From positions 1,280,001 to 1,344,000 of the forward strand of contig OY762911.1 of the NCBI GenBank assembly GCA_963666565.1: a DNA stretch of 64,000 nucleotides, given 5' to 3'. Below the pieces are notes generated by a model. The model ran no database searches. It was given only the letters and a program-made list of their open reading frames with translations, and was not told the origin of the DNA. This DNA is from Thermoanaerobaculia bacterium (lineage in GTDB: Bacteria > Acidobacteriota > Thermoanaerobaculia > Multivoradales > Multivoraceae). The translations under genes and the position numbers were made by a program. Positions 1 through 8,888 of the stretch are shown here, one piece after another; the stretch's first letter is position 1; each line of letters starts with the position of its first letter.

Positions 1-801
1 CGCGGCCGGCCGGAGCTGCGTGTCCTGCACCAGGAGAACCGGGGGCCGGCGGTGGCCAGGAATCGCGGCGTCGCGGCGGCCCGAGGCCGCTGGGTGGCCT
101 TTCTTGGGGACGACACCGTCCCCGCGCCGGGATGGCTGGCCGCGCACGGCCGGGCCCAGGACGAGACGCTGGCGCGGTCGGTTCGCGCAGAGGGCGGTTG
201 CGTCGGCGTCATCGGCCGCACCGACTGGCACCAGCGGATGCGGCGCACGCCGTTTCTCGACTACATCAACGAGAACGGCCTGCAGTTCGGGTTCTCCCTG
301 ATCGAGGACGAGAACGACGTGCCCTTCAACTTCTTCTACACCTCGAACCTCTCCATCGACCGCGAGGCGATGGCGGCGGCGCCGTTCGATCCGGCGTTCC
401 CGTTCGCTGCCTGGGAGGACATCGAGGCCGCGTATCGCCTTGCTGGACGGGGTTTGCGCCTGCTCTACCGGCCCGAGGCCCGCGTCGCGCACGACCATCC
501 GACCGATCTGCGGCGCTTCGCGAAGCGCCAGTACCGGGCCGGATACTCGGCGGTCGTTTTCTTCCGGCGGCACGAGCGGCTCGGCCCCTTCCTGGGATTC
601 CAGGACGGCGAGCCGCCTCCGGTCGGCGGCGCGCGAGCCCGGGCGACGCACTGGCTGCGGGAGCGGTTGGCGCGCTCGTTGCAGGGAATGCCGGTCAGAC
701 TGCCCCGAACCTGGGAGAGGACGATGCGACATCACTACCTGGAAGGTCTCAGAAACGGCTGGTCCGACGGCGTGGGCCTGGACCGGGGAGGCGTCTCATG
801 A
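1..801 (+). CDS. Glycosyltransferase family 2 (5'-partial)
   Basis: Frame open from base 1: QENRGPAVARNRG, WVAFLGDD, FDPAF..WEDIE GT-A motifs; stop 799-801. Confidence 0.85.
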   Translation, partial: RGRPELRVLHQENRGPAVARNRGVAAARGRWVAFLGDDTVPAPGWLAAHGRAQDETLARSVRAEGGCVGVIGRTDWHQRMRRTPFLDYINENGLQFGFSLIEDENDVPFNFFYTSNLSIDREAMAAAPFDPAFPFAAWEDIEAAYRLAGRGLRLLYRPEARVAHDHPTDLRRFAKRQYRAGYSAVVFFRRHERLGPFLGFQDGEPPPVGGARARATHWLRERLARSLQGMPVRLPRTWERTMRHHYLEGLRNGWSDGVGLDRGGVS

Positions 802-1823
802 CGACGACGAACCCACTCGCGACAGCGGCCGGGCGGCGGCTGGCGTTGCCGCTTGCCGGTCTGCTCGGCTTCGGCTTCGGTCTCGGCGTGGCAGGCGGCG
901 CGGAAGCTGCCGCCGGCGGCAAGGGCCTGCCTGCCTCGGTCGCCGCCACTCTCGCCGTCCAGGCGCCGGTCGGGGTCGCCGCCGGCCGCGCGGCTCGGAC
1001 GCCAGTCGCGGTCGCCGCCGGCCTCGCCGTTCAGGCGCCGGTCGCGGTCGAAGCCCGCGAGCGCGGCGGACGCCGGGGCGGCGACGGCAAGGGGCGCCGT
1101 GCGCGCACCCGCGTCGTGCGTCCCTACTACGGTTCCTTCGGCTGGTACGGCGGCTTCGGCCCCTTCTGGCCGTACGCCTGGTCGCTCTACGACTACGGTT
1201 ACGGTTCCTACGGCTGGAGCGCCGGTCCCGCCGGCTACGGGGCCGTGGACGCGGGCGCGCTCGACCTGAACACCCGGCCGAAGAAGGCCTCCGTCTACAT
1301 CGACGGCGAACTGGTCGGCCGGGTGGATGCCTTCGACGGCTTCCCCCGCTACCTCTGGCTGCGCGGCGGGAGCTATCGCATCGCGATCTACAAGGAGGGG
1401 TACGAGACGCTGGAACGCCGGATCCGGGTTCGGCCGGGAGTGGTCGTCCGGATCGACGATGACCTCGTCCCGGGGACCGCGGCGTTGCCGCAGCCGCCGC
1501 CTCCGAAGCCGGCAGCGGCGCCGGCGGCGCCGGAAGGCGAGTCCTGGCGGCTGGAGAACCGCGGCCGCCCCATCCACCAGGATCAGCGGGCTGACCCGGC
1601 CCGCTTGGAACTCGATGTCGAGCCGGCAGACGCCGTCGTCTACCTGGACGGCCGCCTGCTGGGGAGCGGCGCCGAACTGGCGAGCCTCCACTCGGCCCTC
1701 ATCGTGGACCCCGGCGTCCACCGGCTGGAGGTGATGCGGCCCGGCTACGCGGCCGAGGTGCGGGCGTTCGAGGCCGGGCAGGGAGAGGACGTCTCCCTGC
1801 GGATCGTGCTCCGGGAGGAGTGA
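798..1823 (+). CDS. PEGA domain-containing secreted protein
   Basis: ATGA overlap with the GT2 stop; signal-like N-terminus, Tyr/Gly-rich tract, two PEGA-like repeats (A(S/V)VY(I/L)DG..G; PG.HRLEV.RPGY). Confidence 0.75.
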   Translation: MTTTNPLATAAGRRLALPLAGLLGFGFGLGVAGGAEAAAGGKGLPASVAATLAVQAPVGVAAGRAARTPVAVAAGLAVQAPVAVEARERGGRRGGDGKGRRARTRVVRPYYGSFGWYGGFGPFWPYAWSLYDYGYGSYGWSAGPAGYGAVDAGALDLNTRPKKASVYIDGELVGRVDAFDGFPRYLWLRGGSYRIAIYKEGYETLERRIRVRPGVVVRIDDDLVPGTAALPQPPPPKPAAAPAAPEGESWRLENRGRPIHQDQRADPARLELDVEPADAVVYLDGRLLGSGAELASLHSALIVDPGVHRLEVMRPGYAAEVRAFEAGQGEDVSLRIVLREE

Positions 1824-1862
1824 CCGCCGCCCGCTTAGACATAGAAAAGTAGCCATGCTACC

Positions 1863-2441
1863 ATGATTGGCGTGGTGCATGAATCCGCGACCCGCGCCGA
1901 CGGCCCGGCCGGTGCTCCGGCTTGGCCCGCGCCGCGCGGCGCCGAACCGATCCGGGTGCTGGTCGCCTCGCCTCTCGGTTCGCTGGGGCTCGAGTTCGCC
2001 GGCCGATCGATCACCCGGCTGGTGATCGAGCCGAAGGGCGGCGAAGAGGCGCTGTTCACCTCCCTCGGTTCGGTGGATACGACGGACTTCGTCGACGAGG
2101 CCCTCGGCAGGCTGTCGGAGTACTTCGCGGGCGCCCGGCGGAACCTCGATCTGCCCTACGACCTGGAGCGGACCGGGATCGACGCCCTCTCCTACCGCAT
2201 CTTCCAGGAGACAGCCCGGATTCCGTACGGCCGCACGCGCACCTACCGCAACGTGGCGACCTCGTCGGGCAAGGCGGGCGCCTACCGGCTGATTCGTTCC
2301 CGACTGATGACGAACCCGTTGCCGATTCTCGTTCCCTGCCATCGGGTCGTGCCGCGCCGGAGCGGTCCCGGCTCCTACATCGGCGGCGAGAAGCGCAAGG
2401 CCCAGTTGCTCGCCCTCGAACGCAAGCACGCCGAAGACTAG
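1863..2441 (+). CDS. ogt: Methylated-DNA-protein-cysteine methyltransferase (true start may be GTG 1872)
   Basis: IPYGRTRTY and NPLPILVPCHRVV with active-site PCHR. Confidence 0.9.
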   Translation: MIGVVHESATRADGPAGAPAWPAPRGAEPIRVLVASPLGSLGLEFAGRSITRLVIEPKGGEEALFTSLGSVDTTDFVDEALGRLSEYFAGARRNLDLPYDLERTGIDALSYRIFQETARIPYGRTRTYRNVATSSGKAGAYRLIRSRLMTNPLPILVPCHRVVPRRSGPGSYIGGEKRKAQLLALERKHAED

Positions 2442-2458
2442 CGCCGGCGCCGCACGCC

Positions 2459-2525
2459 GGGTGCGCGGGTCTTCCGACCCGCTGCCGCCGGAGGCGGCCA
2501 GGAACGCGCCGCGAAGCGGCGACCG
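2459..2525 (+). repeat. Three-hairpin REP-like element
   Basis: GGGTGCGCGGGTCTTCCGACCCG + GCCGCCGGAGGCGGC + GCCGCGAAGCGGC between convergent genes. Confidence 0.85.
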
Positions 2526-2533
2526 CTCGGGCC

Positions 2534-3478
2534 TCACCCAAGTCGCCGCCGGGCGTCCTCCCAGATCGCCTCCAGCGCCCGGTCGAAGCCGCGCCCGGGC
2601 CGCCAGCCCAGGGCGCGCAGCCGGCCGGCGTCGCCGCACAGGACGGGCACGTCCGCCGGTCTCATGCGGTCCGGATCCCGCCGGACCTCGACCTCCACGC
2701 CGCTGATCCGGATCAGCCGCCGAAGCGCCGCGTCGAGCTCCACCGCCTCGCCGCGGGCGACGTTGTAGACGCCGCCCGGCTCGCCGCGCTCGACGAGGAG
2801 CGCGTAGGCGTCCGCGCCGTCGTCGACATGGACGAAGTCCCGGCGCGAGGTCAGGTTGCCGACGCGCAGCACGGGTTCTTCGCGCCCGGCGGCGATCGCC
2901 GCAAGCTGGGCCGCGAACGAAGGCAGCGCGAACTTCGCGCTCTGCCCGGGTCCGATCAGGTTGAAGGAACGGACCGCGACGGCGCCGAGGGGAAGGCAGA
3001 TCCGTTCGATCGCGGCCTTGGCCAGGGCATACGGGGAGCCGGGCCGCAGCTCGCGGTCTTCGCGCGCCGGCAGCTCCGCTTCCGGGACCGCGCCGTACAC
3101 CTCCGCGCTCGAGGCGACGACGAGCCGGCAGCCATCGGACAGGGCGCGCGCCGCGGCGGCGACGTTCTCCGAGCCTTCGACGTTCACCCGGTAGTGGTCG
3201 TCGATCCGCCGCCAGGAGGCCGCCACGTCCGACAGGCCGGCCAGGTGGACGACCGCGTCCGGCGCCGCCTCCCGGAACACGCGCTCGACGGCGCCGCGGT
3301 CGCGGATGTCCAGGGCGACGCGCTCGATCGAGGATGGAGCGCCGCCCGCGGCGTCTTCCTCGACCGGGATCGTCCCCGGAGCATGGCAGGCGACGACGGC
3401 GGCCCCCCGCTCGACCAGCCGCGGCACGAGGCGCCCGCCGACGAACCCCTCGGCGCCGGTGACGAGGACGCGCCTCAC
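2534..3478 (-). CDS. GDP-mannose 4,6-dehydratase / GDP-4-keto-6-deoxymannose reductase-like SDR
   Basis: VLVTGAEGFVG, HLAG, SSAEVYG, YALAK, RDFVHV; GTG start overlaps the rfbD stop. Confidence 0.85.
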   Translation of the reverse strand: MRRVLVTGAEGFVGGRLVPRLVERGAAVVACHAPGTIPVEEDAAGGAPSSIERVALDIRDRGAVERVFREAAPDAVVHLAGLSDVAASWRRIDDHYRVNVEGSENVAAAARALSDGCRLVVASSAEVYGAVPEAELPAREDRELRPGSPYALAKAAIERICLPLGAVAVRSFNLIGPGQSAKFALPSFAAQLAAIAAGREEPVLRVGNLTSRRDFVHVDDGADAYALLVERGEPGGVYNVARGEAVELDAALRRLIRISGVEVEVRRDPDRMRPADVPVLCGDAGRLRALGWRPGRGFDRALEAIWEDARRRLG

Positions 3479-4392
3479 GTCTCCGCCTTGCCCTGTCCCA
3501 GCCGGCCGAAGTAATCGTCGAGACCTGGCCGCCATTCTTCGACCCGCCGGCCGGCGATGGACTCGAAACGCCCGGTGTCCAGCACCGACCAGGCCGGCCG
3601 GATCGCCGGACGCGGCAGGTCGGCGGTCGCGATCGGTTGCACCTCGGCGCGGAGGCCCAGAGCCTCGACGATGGCGACCGCGAAACCGTGCCAGGAGACG
3701 GCGGGCGCGTTGCAGTAGTGGACGATGCCGGCCGCACCGGCCGCCTGGAGGTCGACGAGGGCCCGGGCCAGGAAGGGCGCGTAGGTGGGGCAGCCGACTT
3801 GGTCGGCGACGACCCGCAGGGGTTCCCCGCGGCCTAGACGGGCCGCGATCGCGGAGACGAAGCTCCTACCTTCCGGCCCGAACACCCAGCTCGGGCGCAC
3901 CACCAGACCTCCGGCGTCGACGACGGCCTGCTCGGCGGCGAGCTTCGAGCGGCCGTAGGCGGTTCCGGGCGCCGTCGCGTCCTCCTCCCGGTACGGGCGC
4001 CGGCCCTTGCCGTCGAACACGTAGTCGGTCGAGACGTGGATCAGCCGGCAGTCCCGCGGCAGGGCGGCCGCCAGCCGCGCGGGCGCCCGGCCGTTGACTT
4101 CCATTGCCGTCTCGGGCTCGCTCTCGCAGCCGTCGACGTCGGTGCGGGCGGCGCAGTTGTAGACGGCCCCGGCGCCGAACCGGGCGGCCAGCGCCGCGGT
4201 CGCCTCCGTGTCGGTGAGGTCCGCGCGCCGGCGGTCGGCGGCGAGCACCTCGGCGCCGCGCCGGCGCAGTTCGTCAGCCACTTCCCGGCCGAGCTGGCCG
4301 GCCGCGCCGAGCACCACGGCCTTGGCGGTTCTGGCGTGGGTCCGGGCAACGCCGCCGGGCGGCCTCGAAACGCCGCCGGCCGTGCCGGTCAC
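3475..4392 (-). CDS. rfbD: dTDP-4-dehydrorhamnose reductase
   Basis: GAAGQLG, NCAA.TDVD..E, STDYVFDG, YGRSKLAAE, DQVGCPT; C-terminal part of track ORF 3475..6030. Confidence 0.9.
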   Translation of the reverse strand: MTGTAGGVSRPPGGVARTHARTAKAVVLGAAGQLGREVADELRRRGAEVLAADRRRADLTDTEATAALAARFGAGAVYNCAARTDVDGCESEPETAMEVNGRAPARLAAALPRDCRLIHVSTDYVFDGKGRRPYREEDATAPGTAYGRSKLAAEQAVVDAGGLVVRPSWVFGPEGRSFVSAIAARLGRGEPLRVVADQVGCPTYAPFLARALVDLQAAGAAGIVHYCNAPAVSWHGFAVAIVEALGLRAEVQPIATADLPRPAIRPAWSVLDTGRFESIAGRRVEEWRPGLDDYFGRLGQGKAET

Positions 4393-6794
4393 AGCGCCTC
4401 GCTCTGGCCGCCGGTGATGTCGAAGAAGGCGCCGACGCTCTTCAGCGTGACCAGCAGCCGGTACTGGGTGTCGCGCCGGAGCGCGGTCCGGAAGTCGGCG
4501 ATCTCGAACTGCAGGCCGTAGCAGCAGGCCCTGAAGTCGACGATGTGGCGCTGGATCTGGAGGATCTTCCGCTCGACGTCGTAGCTCACCATGCTGTTCA
4601 CCCGGAGCTTGCCGGGGATCAGGTCGAGCCCGGCCGAGACCTGGGCGTGGTGACGGCGGGTGCTGTCGAGTTCCGGGTTGCGCCGGACCGCCCACCGCAG
4701 GCCGATCGAACTCGTCCGGCCCAGGCCGAGGCTGCCCGAGACGGCGGTCGAGGAGAACTGGGAGAACAGGGTGTCGTAGAGCGCGTCGAAGCGGACGCCC
4801 GTGCGCCGCGACGGGTTGAACCGCAGCAGCGCGCCGACCGGACCGTTCTGGCTGGTCAGCGTCCGGTCGGCCGAGCGCAGCAGCGGCCGGTCGTCGTCGA
4901 GCGACAGGTCCCGGAAGAACTGGACGGAGAGGATCTCGAAGGCGCCGCCGGCGGCCGGGTCGGCGGGTTTGGCCAGGACCCGGTTGTACAGGCTGAAACG
5001 GGCGACGTTGCGGCCGCGGAGATTGTCGATCTCGTCGAACAGCGGGATCCGCAGGCGGTCGTCGAAGTCGCGGAAGTAGCCGTAGACGATGCGCGGCTCG
5101 ATGACGTGCTTGAGCCTGGAGAAGCGGCCCCCCTCGCCCAGGTCGAAGATGCGCGAGAAACCGGGGCCGACGATCTCGGCGCCGGCGGTGGGAACCACCC
5201 GCATCAGGTCCTCGCCCCGGAAGTCCGAGTCGCCGGGCGCCATGCGCCGTTCCTCGGCGGTCGTCAGGCTGTCGCCGTACCACGTCAGGTGACCGCCGGC
5301 CGTGAGCGAGAGCGACAGCCAGCTCGTGAGCGGCACCGGGATGCTGATCTCGGGCTGGAGATTGGCGCGCGCGTACTGGCCCTGGCGGCGCGCCGAGCGG
5401 TTGACGTCCAGGTAGTGCAGCGCGCTCCGCAGTTGCAGGTAGAGCGGTGACTTGCCGAGGCGGGTGGAGCGCAGCTTGTACTCGATCTCCGGCAGTTGGC
5501 GAAGCTGGATCTCGCGGTTGGCCGAGATGAAGGTCTTGCGCCGGTCGAGCTGGACGTTGAGTGACTGGTTGCCCCAGTTGCCGCTCACGAAGGCGGTCGA
5601 GTAGAGCTGGCGCAGGGTGTTGCGGTCGACCCGGCGCTCGAAGTCGCGGAAGAAGTCGAAGTCCGAGACGTCCTCGAAGCGGACGACGCCCCGGAAGCCC
5701 CCCGGCAGGTCCCGCGACTGGTGGTTCCAGCGCATGCGCCAGCGGCGCTCGCCGCGCTCCGTGTCGTCGATCAGGTAGCCGTCGAACTCTCCCGCCGTCC
5801 CTTCGCTGGGCCGGTAGCGGAACTCGGTCCCCAGGCCCCAGAAGGCCTCGTTCGAGAAGGCCTGCTGGGACGAGGACGGGGCGCCGGCGTACAGGTCCAC
5901 GTTGAAGGTCGCGTCGTAGCTCCTGTCGATCGCCCAGAAGTACGCGAGCCCGAGCGACGGTCCGCGCCGGGTGGAGAAGCCGGGCTTCGGCGTCAGGAAT
6001 CCGCTCACCCTGGAGCTCTGGGCCGGCCACAGCATGTAGGGGAGGTAGATGAGCGGTACCTTCCTGGCGCGGAACGAGACGCCGCGCGTCTTCGCGTAGC
6101 CGTTGGCGTTCACGTCGACCCGCTTCGCCCGGAAGCTCCAGTCCGGCGCCCGGTCGCCGTCATCGACCTCGCAGGCGGTGAACTGGGCGTCGAGAATCGT
6201 GTAGCGGTTCTCGCTCAGCCTGCGGATCTCGGCGCCGTTGAAGAAGAGGTCGCTGCCGATGTTGCCCTGGACGTCGAAGACCGAGGCGGTCTCGTCCGAC
6301 AGGTCGACCTCGAGGCGCGAACCCCGCAACACTTCGTTCCCGCGGATGAGAACGACCGAGCCTTCGGCCCGGAACACCTCGTTCTCGCGGTCGTAGACCG
6401 CTCGGTCGCCGGAGGCCCGGTAGTCGCGGAGACGGACCGAGAAGCCGTTCGACAGGACGTGCCGCTGCTGCTCCTCGTCGAAGATGCCCTGCATGGCGCC
6501 GGCCCAGCCCTCCACCTGTCCGCCGCCGGATTCGTCCTCGATCGCGAAGCTGAAGGTGGAGGCGCCGGGAGGAGGCGGGGGGCCGGTGTCGGCGGGTTCC
6601 TCCTCCGGGGCCTGCGCGGCGTCGGCGGCTGGTTCTTCCGCTGGAGCTTCCGAAGCGTCGGCGGCTGGTTCCTCGACCGCTGCCCGCGTTTCTTCCGTGG
6701 TCGCCGGCGCTGTCTCGGGCTCCTGGGCGGAAGTCGCGGCGGTGAGTGCGAGACCGAAGGCCAGTCCGACGATCAGGCGTTCAGCGACGGGCAC
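4389..6794 (-). CDS. lptD: LPS-assembly protein LptD
   Basis: Signal peptide, OstA-like region, FTAC...PDWSF, YLPY...SGFL.P, KHVIEP, beta-barrel C-terminus. Confidence 0.85.
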   Translation of the reverse strand: MPVAERLIVGLAFGLALTAATSAQEPETAPATTEETRAAVEEPAADASEAPAEEPAADAAQAPEEEPADTGPPPPPGASTFSFAIEDESGGGQVEGWAGAMQGIFDEEQQRHVLSNGFSVRLRDYRASGDRAVYDRENEVFRAEGSVVLIRGNEVLRGSRLEVDLSDETASVFDVQGNIGSDLFFNGAEIRRLSENRYTILDAQFTACEVDDGDRAPDWSFRAKRVDVNANGYAKTRGVSFRARKVPLIYLPYMLWPAQSSRVSGFLTPKPGFSTRRGPSLGLAYFWAIDRSYDATFNVDLYAGAPSSSQQAFSNEAFWGLGTEFRYRPSEGTAGEFDGYLIDDTERGERRWRMRWNHQSRDLPGGFRGVVRFEDVSDFDFFRDFERRVDRNTLRQLYSTAFVSGNWGNQSLNVQLDRRKTFISANREIQLRQLPEIEYKLRSTRLGKSPLYLQLRSALHYLDVNRSARRQGQYARANLQPEISIPVPLTSWLSLSLTAGGHLTWYGDSLTTAEERRMAPGDSDFRGEDLMRVVPTAGAEIVGPGFSRIFDLGEGGRFSRLKHVIEPRIVYGYFRDFDDRLRIPLFDEIDNLRGRNVARFSLYNRVLAKPADPAAGGAFEILSVQFFRDLSLDDDRPLLRSADRTLTSQNGPVGALLRFNPSRRTGVRFDALYDTLFSQFSSTAVSGSLGLGRTSSIGLRWAVRRNPELDSTRRHHAQVSAGLDLIPGKLRVNSMVSYDVERKILQIQRHIVDFRACCYGLQFEIADFRTALRRDTQYRLLVTLKSVGAFFDITGGQSEAL

Positions 6795-6903
6795 TGATCT
6801 GGATGGCCTCCATGCCGGTCATGCTAGCAATCGCCGGGCCAACTCCTGCCGCCGACCCCGGTCGGTTGACAGCCGGGTTGGCCCGTTTCAGAGTGACGGG
6901 GCT

Positions 6904-7317
6904 GTGCGGTATCTCGGCATCGACTTCGGCGAGAAGCGGGTCGGTGTGGCGACGGGAGATTCGCGGGTTGGAGTGGCGGCGCCGCACTCGACGATCCGGC
7001 GCACCGGGGACCGGCAGGTGATCGCCGAGATCAAGGCTTTGGCGGCCGAGTCCGAAGCGGGCGTGCTGATCGTCGGCGAGCCGCGGCGGCTGGACGGTTC
7101 CGTGGGACCGGCGGCCGAGCGCGCCCGGGCCTTCGCGCGGAAACTCGGCGAGGCCTGTGACCTGCCGGTACGGACGGTGAACGAGTCCCTGACGTCGGTG
7201 GAGGCGGAGCGCCGGCTGCGGGCGGCTGGGGTCGACCCGCGGCGGCACCCGGAACGGGTCGACGCCGTGGCGGCGCAGATCCTCGTGGAAGAAGCGCTGG
7301 CCCGGGAGACCGCATGA
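6904..7317 (+). CDS. ruvX: YqgF/RuvX family nuclease
   Basis: YLGIDFGEKRVGVA, NESLTS, DAVAAQIL. Confidence 0.9.
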   Translation: MRYLGIDFGEKRVGVATGDSRVGVAAPHSTIRRTGDRQVIAEIKALAAESEAGVLIVGEPRRLDGSVGPAAERARAFARKLGEACDLPVRTVNESLTSVEAERRLRAAGVDPRRHPERVDAVAAQILVEEALARETA

Positions 7318-8390
7318 AGCGAAAGGGGCCGCCGCGACGTCGCCGCAAGCGGCGGCTGCGGCCGTGGTTGGTTGCGGCGGCGGCGACGGTGTCTGTCGCG
7401 CTGGTCGCGGCCGGGTGGGGCCTGTTTGCATGGGCGGAACGGGAACTAGAACGGCCTCGCGGAACCGGTACCGTCGAACTCGCCATCGAGCGCGGCGCGC
7501 CGATGACCGCGATCCTCAACCAGTTGGCGGCGGCCGGCGTGATCGGCGATCCCCTGCTGGCCCGGCTTCACCTCGACTACCGGCGGCCCGGCGAGACGCT
7601 GCAGGCCGGCGAGTTCCGCTTCGAGCAGCCGATGAGCACGGTCGACGCGCTCGACCGCGTGATCCGCGGCGAGGTGGTGACCTACCCGGTGACCGTCGTC
7701 GAGGGCCTGACTTTGCGGGAGACCGCGGAGAGCCTGGCCGGCGACGGCTTCGGCAACCTGGAAGCGTTCCTCGAAGCGATGTCGTCGCCGCGCCTGATCG
7801 CCGACTTCGACCCGGCCGCCGAGTCCCTGGAGGGCTACCTCTTCCCGGACACGTACGCCTTCCCGCGCGGGACGGACGAAGCCGAGATCGTCGAGGCCAT
7901 GGTCCGCAACTTCCGCCGCCGCGTCGAGGGCCACCTGGACGCCACCGCCAGCCACGGTCTCGATCTGCGCGGCCTGGTCACCCTCGCGAGCATCGTCGAG
8001 AAGGAAGCCGGCGCCATCGAGGAACGCCCCGTCGTCTCGGCGGTCTTCCACAACCGGCTCGACCGCGGCATCGGCCTCTACGCCGACCCGACGATCATCT
8101 ACGCGCTGAAGCTGGCCGGGACGTGGGACGGCAACCTGCGCCGTCGCGATCTCGAACTCGACTCCCCGTACAACACCTACGTCCACCCCGGCCTGCCGCC
8201 CGGCCCGATCTGCTCGCCCGGCGAGCACAGCCTGCGCGCCGCGGCGGCGCCCGCCGACGCGCCCTACCTCTACTTCGTCAGCCGCAACGACGGCACCCAC
8301 GTCTTCGCCGAGACCCTGGCCGAGCACAACCGCAACGTCGCCCGCTGGCAAGTCCGCTACTGGCGGCAACGCCGCGCCGCCCAGCCCTGA
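7314..8390 (+). CDS. mltG: Endolytic transglycosylase MltG
   Basis: N-terminal TM, LEGYLFPDTY, LASIVEKE, SPYNTY..PGLPPGPI, YLYFV. Confidence 0.95.
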   Translation: MKRKGPPRRRRKRRLRPWLVAAAATVSVALVAAGWGLFAWAERELERPRGTGTVELAIERGAPMTAILNQLAAAGVIGDPLLARLHLDYRRPGETLQAGEFRFEQPMSTVDALDRVIRGEVVTYPVTVVEGLTLRETAESLAGDGFGNLEAFLEAMSSPRLIADFDPAAESLEGYLFPDTYAFPRGTDEAEIVEAMVRNFRRRVEGHLDATASHGLDLRGLVTLASIVEKEAGAIEERPVVSAVFHNRLDRGIGLYADPTIIYALKLAGTWDGNLRRRDLELDSPYNTYVHPGLPPGPICSPGEHSLRAAAAPADAPYLYFVSRNDGTHVFAETLAEHNRNVARWQVRYWRQRRAAQP

Positions 8391-8397
8391 GCCCGCT

Positions 8398-8561
8398 GGG
8401 TGCGCGGGTCTTCCGACCCGCTGCCGCCGCAGGCGGCCAGGAGCACGTGCCGGCCTCAAGACCGGCGCCGCCATCTCGCCGGCTTTCGGCCGGCGGCCTG
8501 TCTTTCGGGCTGCGCCGCTCCGCGGCTCCGCCCGTGAGCGGGTCGGAAGACCCGCGGACCC
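8398..8561. repeat. REPIN-like inverted pair of REP elements
   Basis: REP core on + at 8398-8420 with its two downstream hairpins; inverted core at 8539-8561. Confidence 0.8.
8468..8546 (+). repeat. ~80-bp imperfect direct repeat, left copy
   Basis: Aligns by eye with 10581-10658 (ccgccat..tcgccggc..ttcggc.ggcggcctgtc...tgcgccgctccgcggctccgcccg.ga.cgggtcgg). Confidence 0.8.
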
Positions 8562-8596
8562 AGCGAAACGCCGGCGGTGCCGATGGCCGGTTCCAA

Positions 8597-8805
8597 CTAC
8601 TCCTCGGCGCCGTCGGATTGCGTAGCCGCTTCTTGCCTCTCGGGCTCGATACGGGTGGGCGGGTAGCTCACGTACGTGCGCCCCGAGGTTCGCTGGACCT
8701 CCCGGAGGTGCTTGAAGAGCCTTCGACCGTGCCCCCGTGCTCCGCGAAGATCTTTGCCCGTATTGCCCGGACTTCCTCCACGATGGGGTCTTTGCGGGAA
8801 GTCAT
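8597..8805 (-). pseudogene. Frameshifted small protein of the DPIVEEVR family (PIN-toxin partner, putative antitoxin)
   Basis: MTSRKDPIVEEVRAIRAKIFAEHGGTVE then, after a 1-nt shift near 8720, LFKHLREVQRTSGRTYVSYPPTRIE...*; 209 nt. Confidence 0.6.
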
Positions 8806-8865
8806 TCTTCGATCTCCAGAAGTTCAGGTGTGCAGACTACCGTTTGGCGTAGCGCCGGCCTCCGG
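8802..8865 (-). pseudogene. C-terminal relic of a PIN-domain toxin
   Basis: ACRR...VVCTPELLEIEE* resembles the ICTPEEL ending of this PIN family; its TGA overlaps the ATG of the DPIVEEVR gene. Confidence 0.45.
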
Positions 8866-8888
8866 CAGGCGCACGGTCCCTTGCGCGC

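Noticed and set aside
950-1050. 36-bp internal repeats in the PEGA gene
   Set aside because: Short degenerate in-frame duplication in a linker; no sign of function
735-3737. 1000-aa minus-strand ORF and similar long shadow ORFs (e.g. 7364-9634, 11159-13321, 45924-48362)
   Set aside because: Arg/Pro/Gly-rich antisense or off-frame products of high GC; they overlap genes with clear motifs
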